This document shows, piece by piece, positions 62,576 through 64,000 of a stretch of 64,000 bases of DNA (positions are counted from its first letter, which is position 1; every line of letters starts with the position of its first letter). The position numbers and the translations under genes are program-made. The stretch is taken from the NCBI RefSeq assembly GCF_009914755.1, contig NC_060928.1; one strand, written 5' to 3'. The notes beneath the pieces are model-generated. The model searched no databases. It was not told the DNA's origin and was given only the letters and a program-made list of their open reading frames with translations. Source of the stretch: the human T2T-CHM13v2.0 reference genome, Homo sapiens.

Positions 62576-63487
62576 ATTCATGATTGTATGAATTTCTTCA
62601 AGTGTGAACCTTCTACAGAGCCCCACACTTTTTTTTTCTTAAGTAGATATTTGGGTTAGAAATTTTCTAAAATGAATTATTCAGTTCCATGCTATCTGCA
62701 GATAGAAGATACCAGAAAATTAAACCTACTCCAAATGACTCAGGGCACCATCATGAACACTGCCTATTATACTGGGCTATCATCCAGTTCTATTGAGCTC
62801 ATGAATTTTTTTTTAACCTCTACCCAAATCACTGTGATTGTTGAATTTTTGGCTGTCTCTGCCATGTGTGGCTTTTCTCTCTTCGTTTTGGCTGGGCTAT
62901 CAGCTCTTTCTCTCATAGAAGCACCTGCCACAGCTGTTTTCCTAATATTCATTTTTAACTTTGATAAAAACTGCATAATTGAGCTTGTGAGGAATGAATT
63001 TAAAATATAAGTAAATAGGCCCTGCCTGAGATGTAAGGGAATCTCTTAAGCACCCTATGTGACTGTTAAATTGTCCTTAGTAGCATTTATTTAACTTAAT
63101 TCAAAAAATTTTTTCCCACCCGTTGTTCATGCTGGATAAGTCAGGGAGTAGTCTCGTTGCAAGCAACAGAAACTGATTTTGGTTATCTCCAGAAAAGTGG
63201 GACTTTTTTGGAGCCCTGTGAAAGAGCGCATAAAATGGAAGCTATTCTATGTCACCAAGGAGCTCATAGTCTACACAAGGAAATTAGCTAAAACCATTTG
63301 GAGGCAATAACAGAAGAGGCAATTGTATCATTCTTTCTGTTGAGTCTCCATGTTATGTATACAAACTCTAAATGAGCAGGAGTTCTGAGGAAGAATGGGT
63401 CTCTCTCCACTGAGAAGGTCACATTAGACTTTAAAGTAGAGGCGAGATGGGATTGGGAGCCTAAGGGGGTTTATAATTTGCTTAAGT

Positions 63488-63639
63488 GGGCCAAGCACAG
63501 TGTCTCATGCCTGTAATCCCAGCACTTTGGGAGGCCAACGTGGGAAGATTGCTTGAGGTCAGGAGTTCAAGGCTGCTGCAGTAAGCAGTGATCACACAAC
63601 TGCAATCCAGGCTGGATGACAGAGTGAGACCCTGTCTCA

Positions 63640-63671
<32 letters not shown>

Positions 63672-63865
63672 AGAAAATTAGCCAGGCATGGTGGTATGCC
63701 CCTGTAATCCCATGTATTTGGTGGAGGGTGGGGGTTGGTGTGGGGAGCTAAGGAGGGAGAATTTCATGAGGCCAGGAGGTCGAGGCTGCGGTGAGCTATG
63801 ATTGTGCCATTGTACTCCAGCCAAGGCAACAAAGCAAGACCCTATCTTAAAAAAAAAAAAAAAAA
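63488..63865 (+). mobile_element. Two old Alu monomers (FAM/FRAM-like) in tandem
   Basis: 63488-63677 and 63678-63865, each with a poly(A) tail. Confidence 0.85.
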
Positions 63866-64000
63866 GGTTGAATCTTGACTCAAAAATGCCCCTATAATGC
63901 AAAGGCAAAGTTTTGAGTGCCTTCACAGCGTGCTAGGTGCTGGCGATACAGCAATGGATAAGACAAAGGTGGTTCTGTGTATATTTCTCATCTATTTTTG

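Overview
Primate (human-like) non-coding genomic DNA that is extremely rich in Alu elements; by eye there are on the order of 90-100 copies or fragments covering roughly half the window. The Alus are layered on older MIR, L2, L3 and DNA-transposon relics (Tigger3, MARNA, MER2, MER5A, MER53, MER58, MER103). There are six solo ERV LTRs (MER11, LTR12, LTR8 and three other MER4-group ERV1 LTRs) plus MLT1 fragments. The only recognisable gene-derived sequence is a full-length processed SKP1 pseudogene (60638-61962, +) with target-site duplication, poly(A) remnant, lost ATG and an internal Alu. I find no intact protein-coding gene, RNA gene or CRISPR array; nearly all ORFs in the track are Alu or microsatellite read-throughs. 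I do not see a convincing undescribed biological system. The most notable unexplained structures are local templated duplications and fold-back inversions at Alu insertion sites (20976-21755, 39028-39555, 30182-30223), deeply nested insertions, and a candidate spliced terminal exon downstream of LTR8. Repeat family names are from recall of consensus sequences and boundaries are by-eye estimates unless a TSD is quoted.
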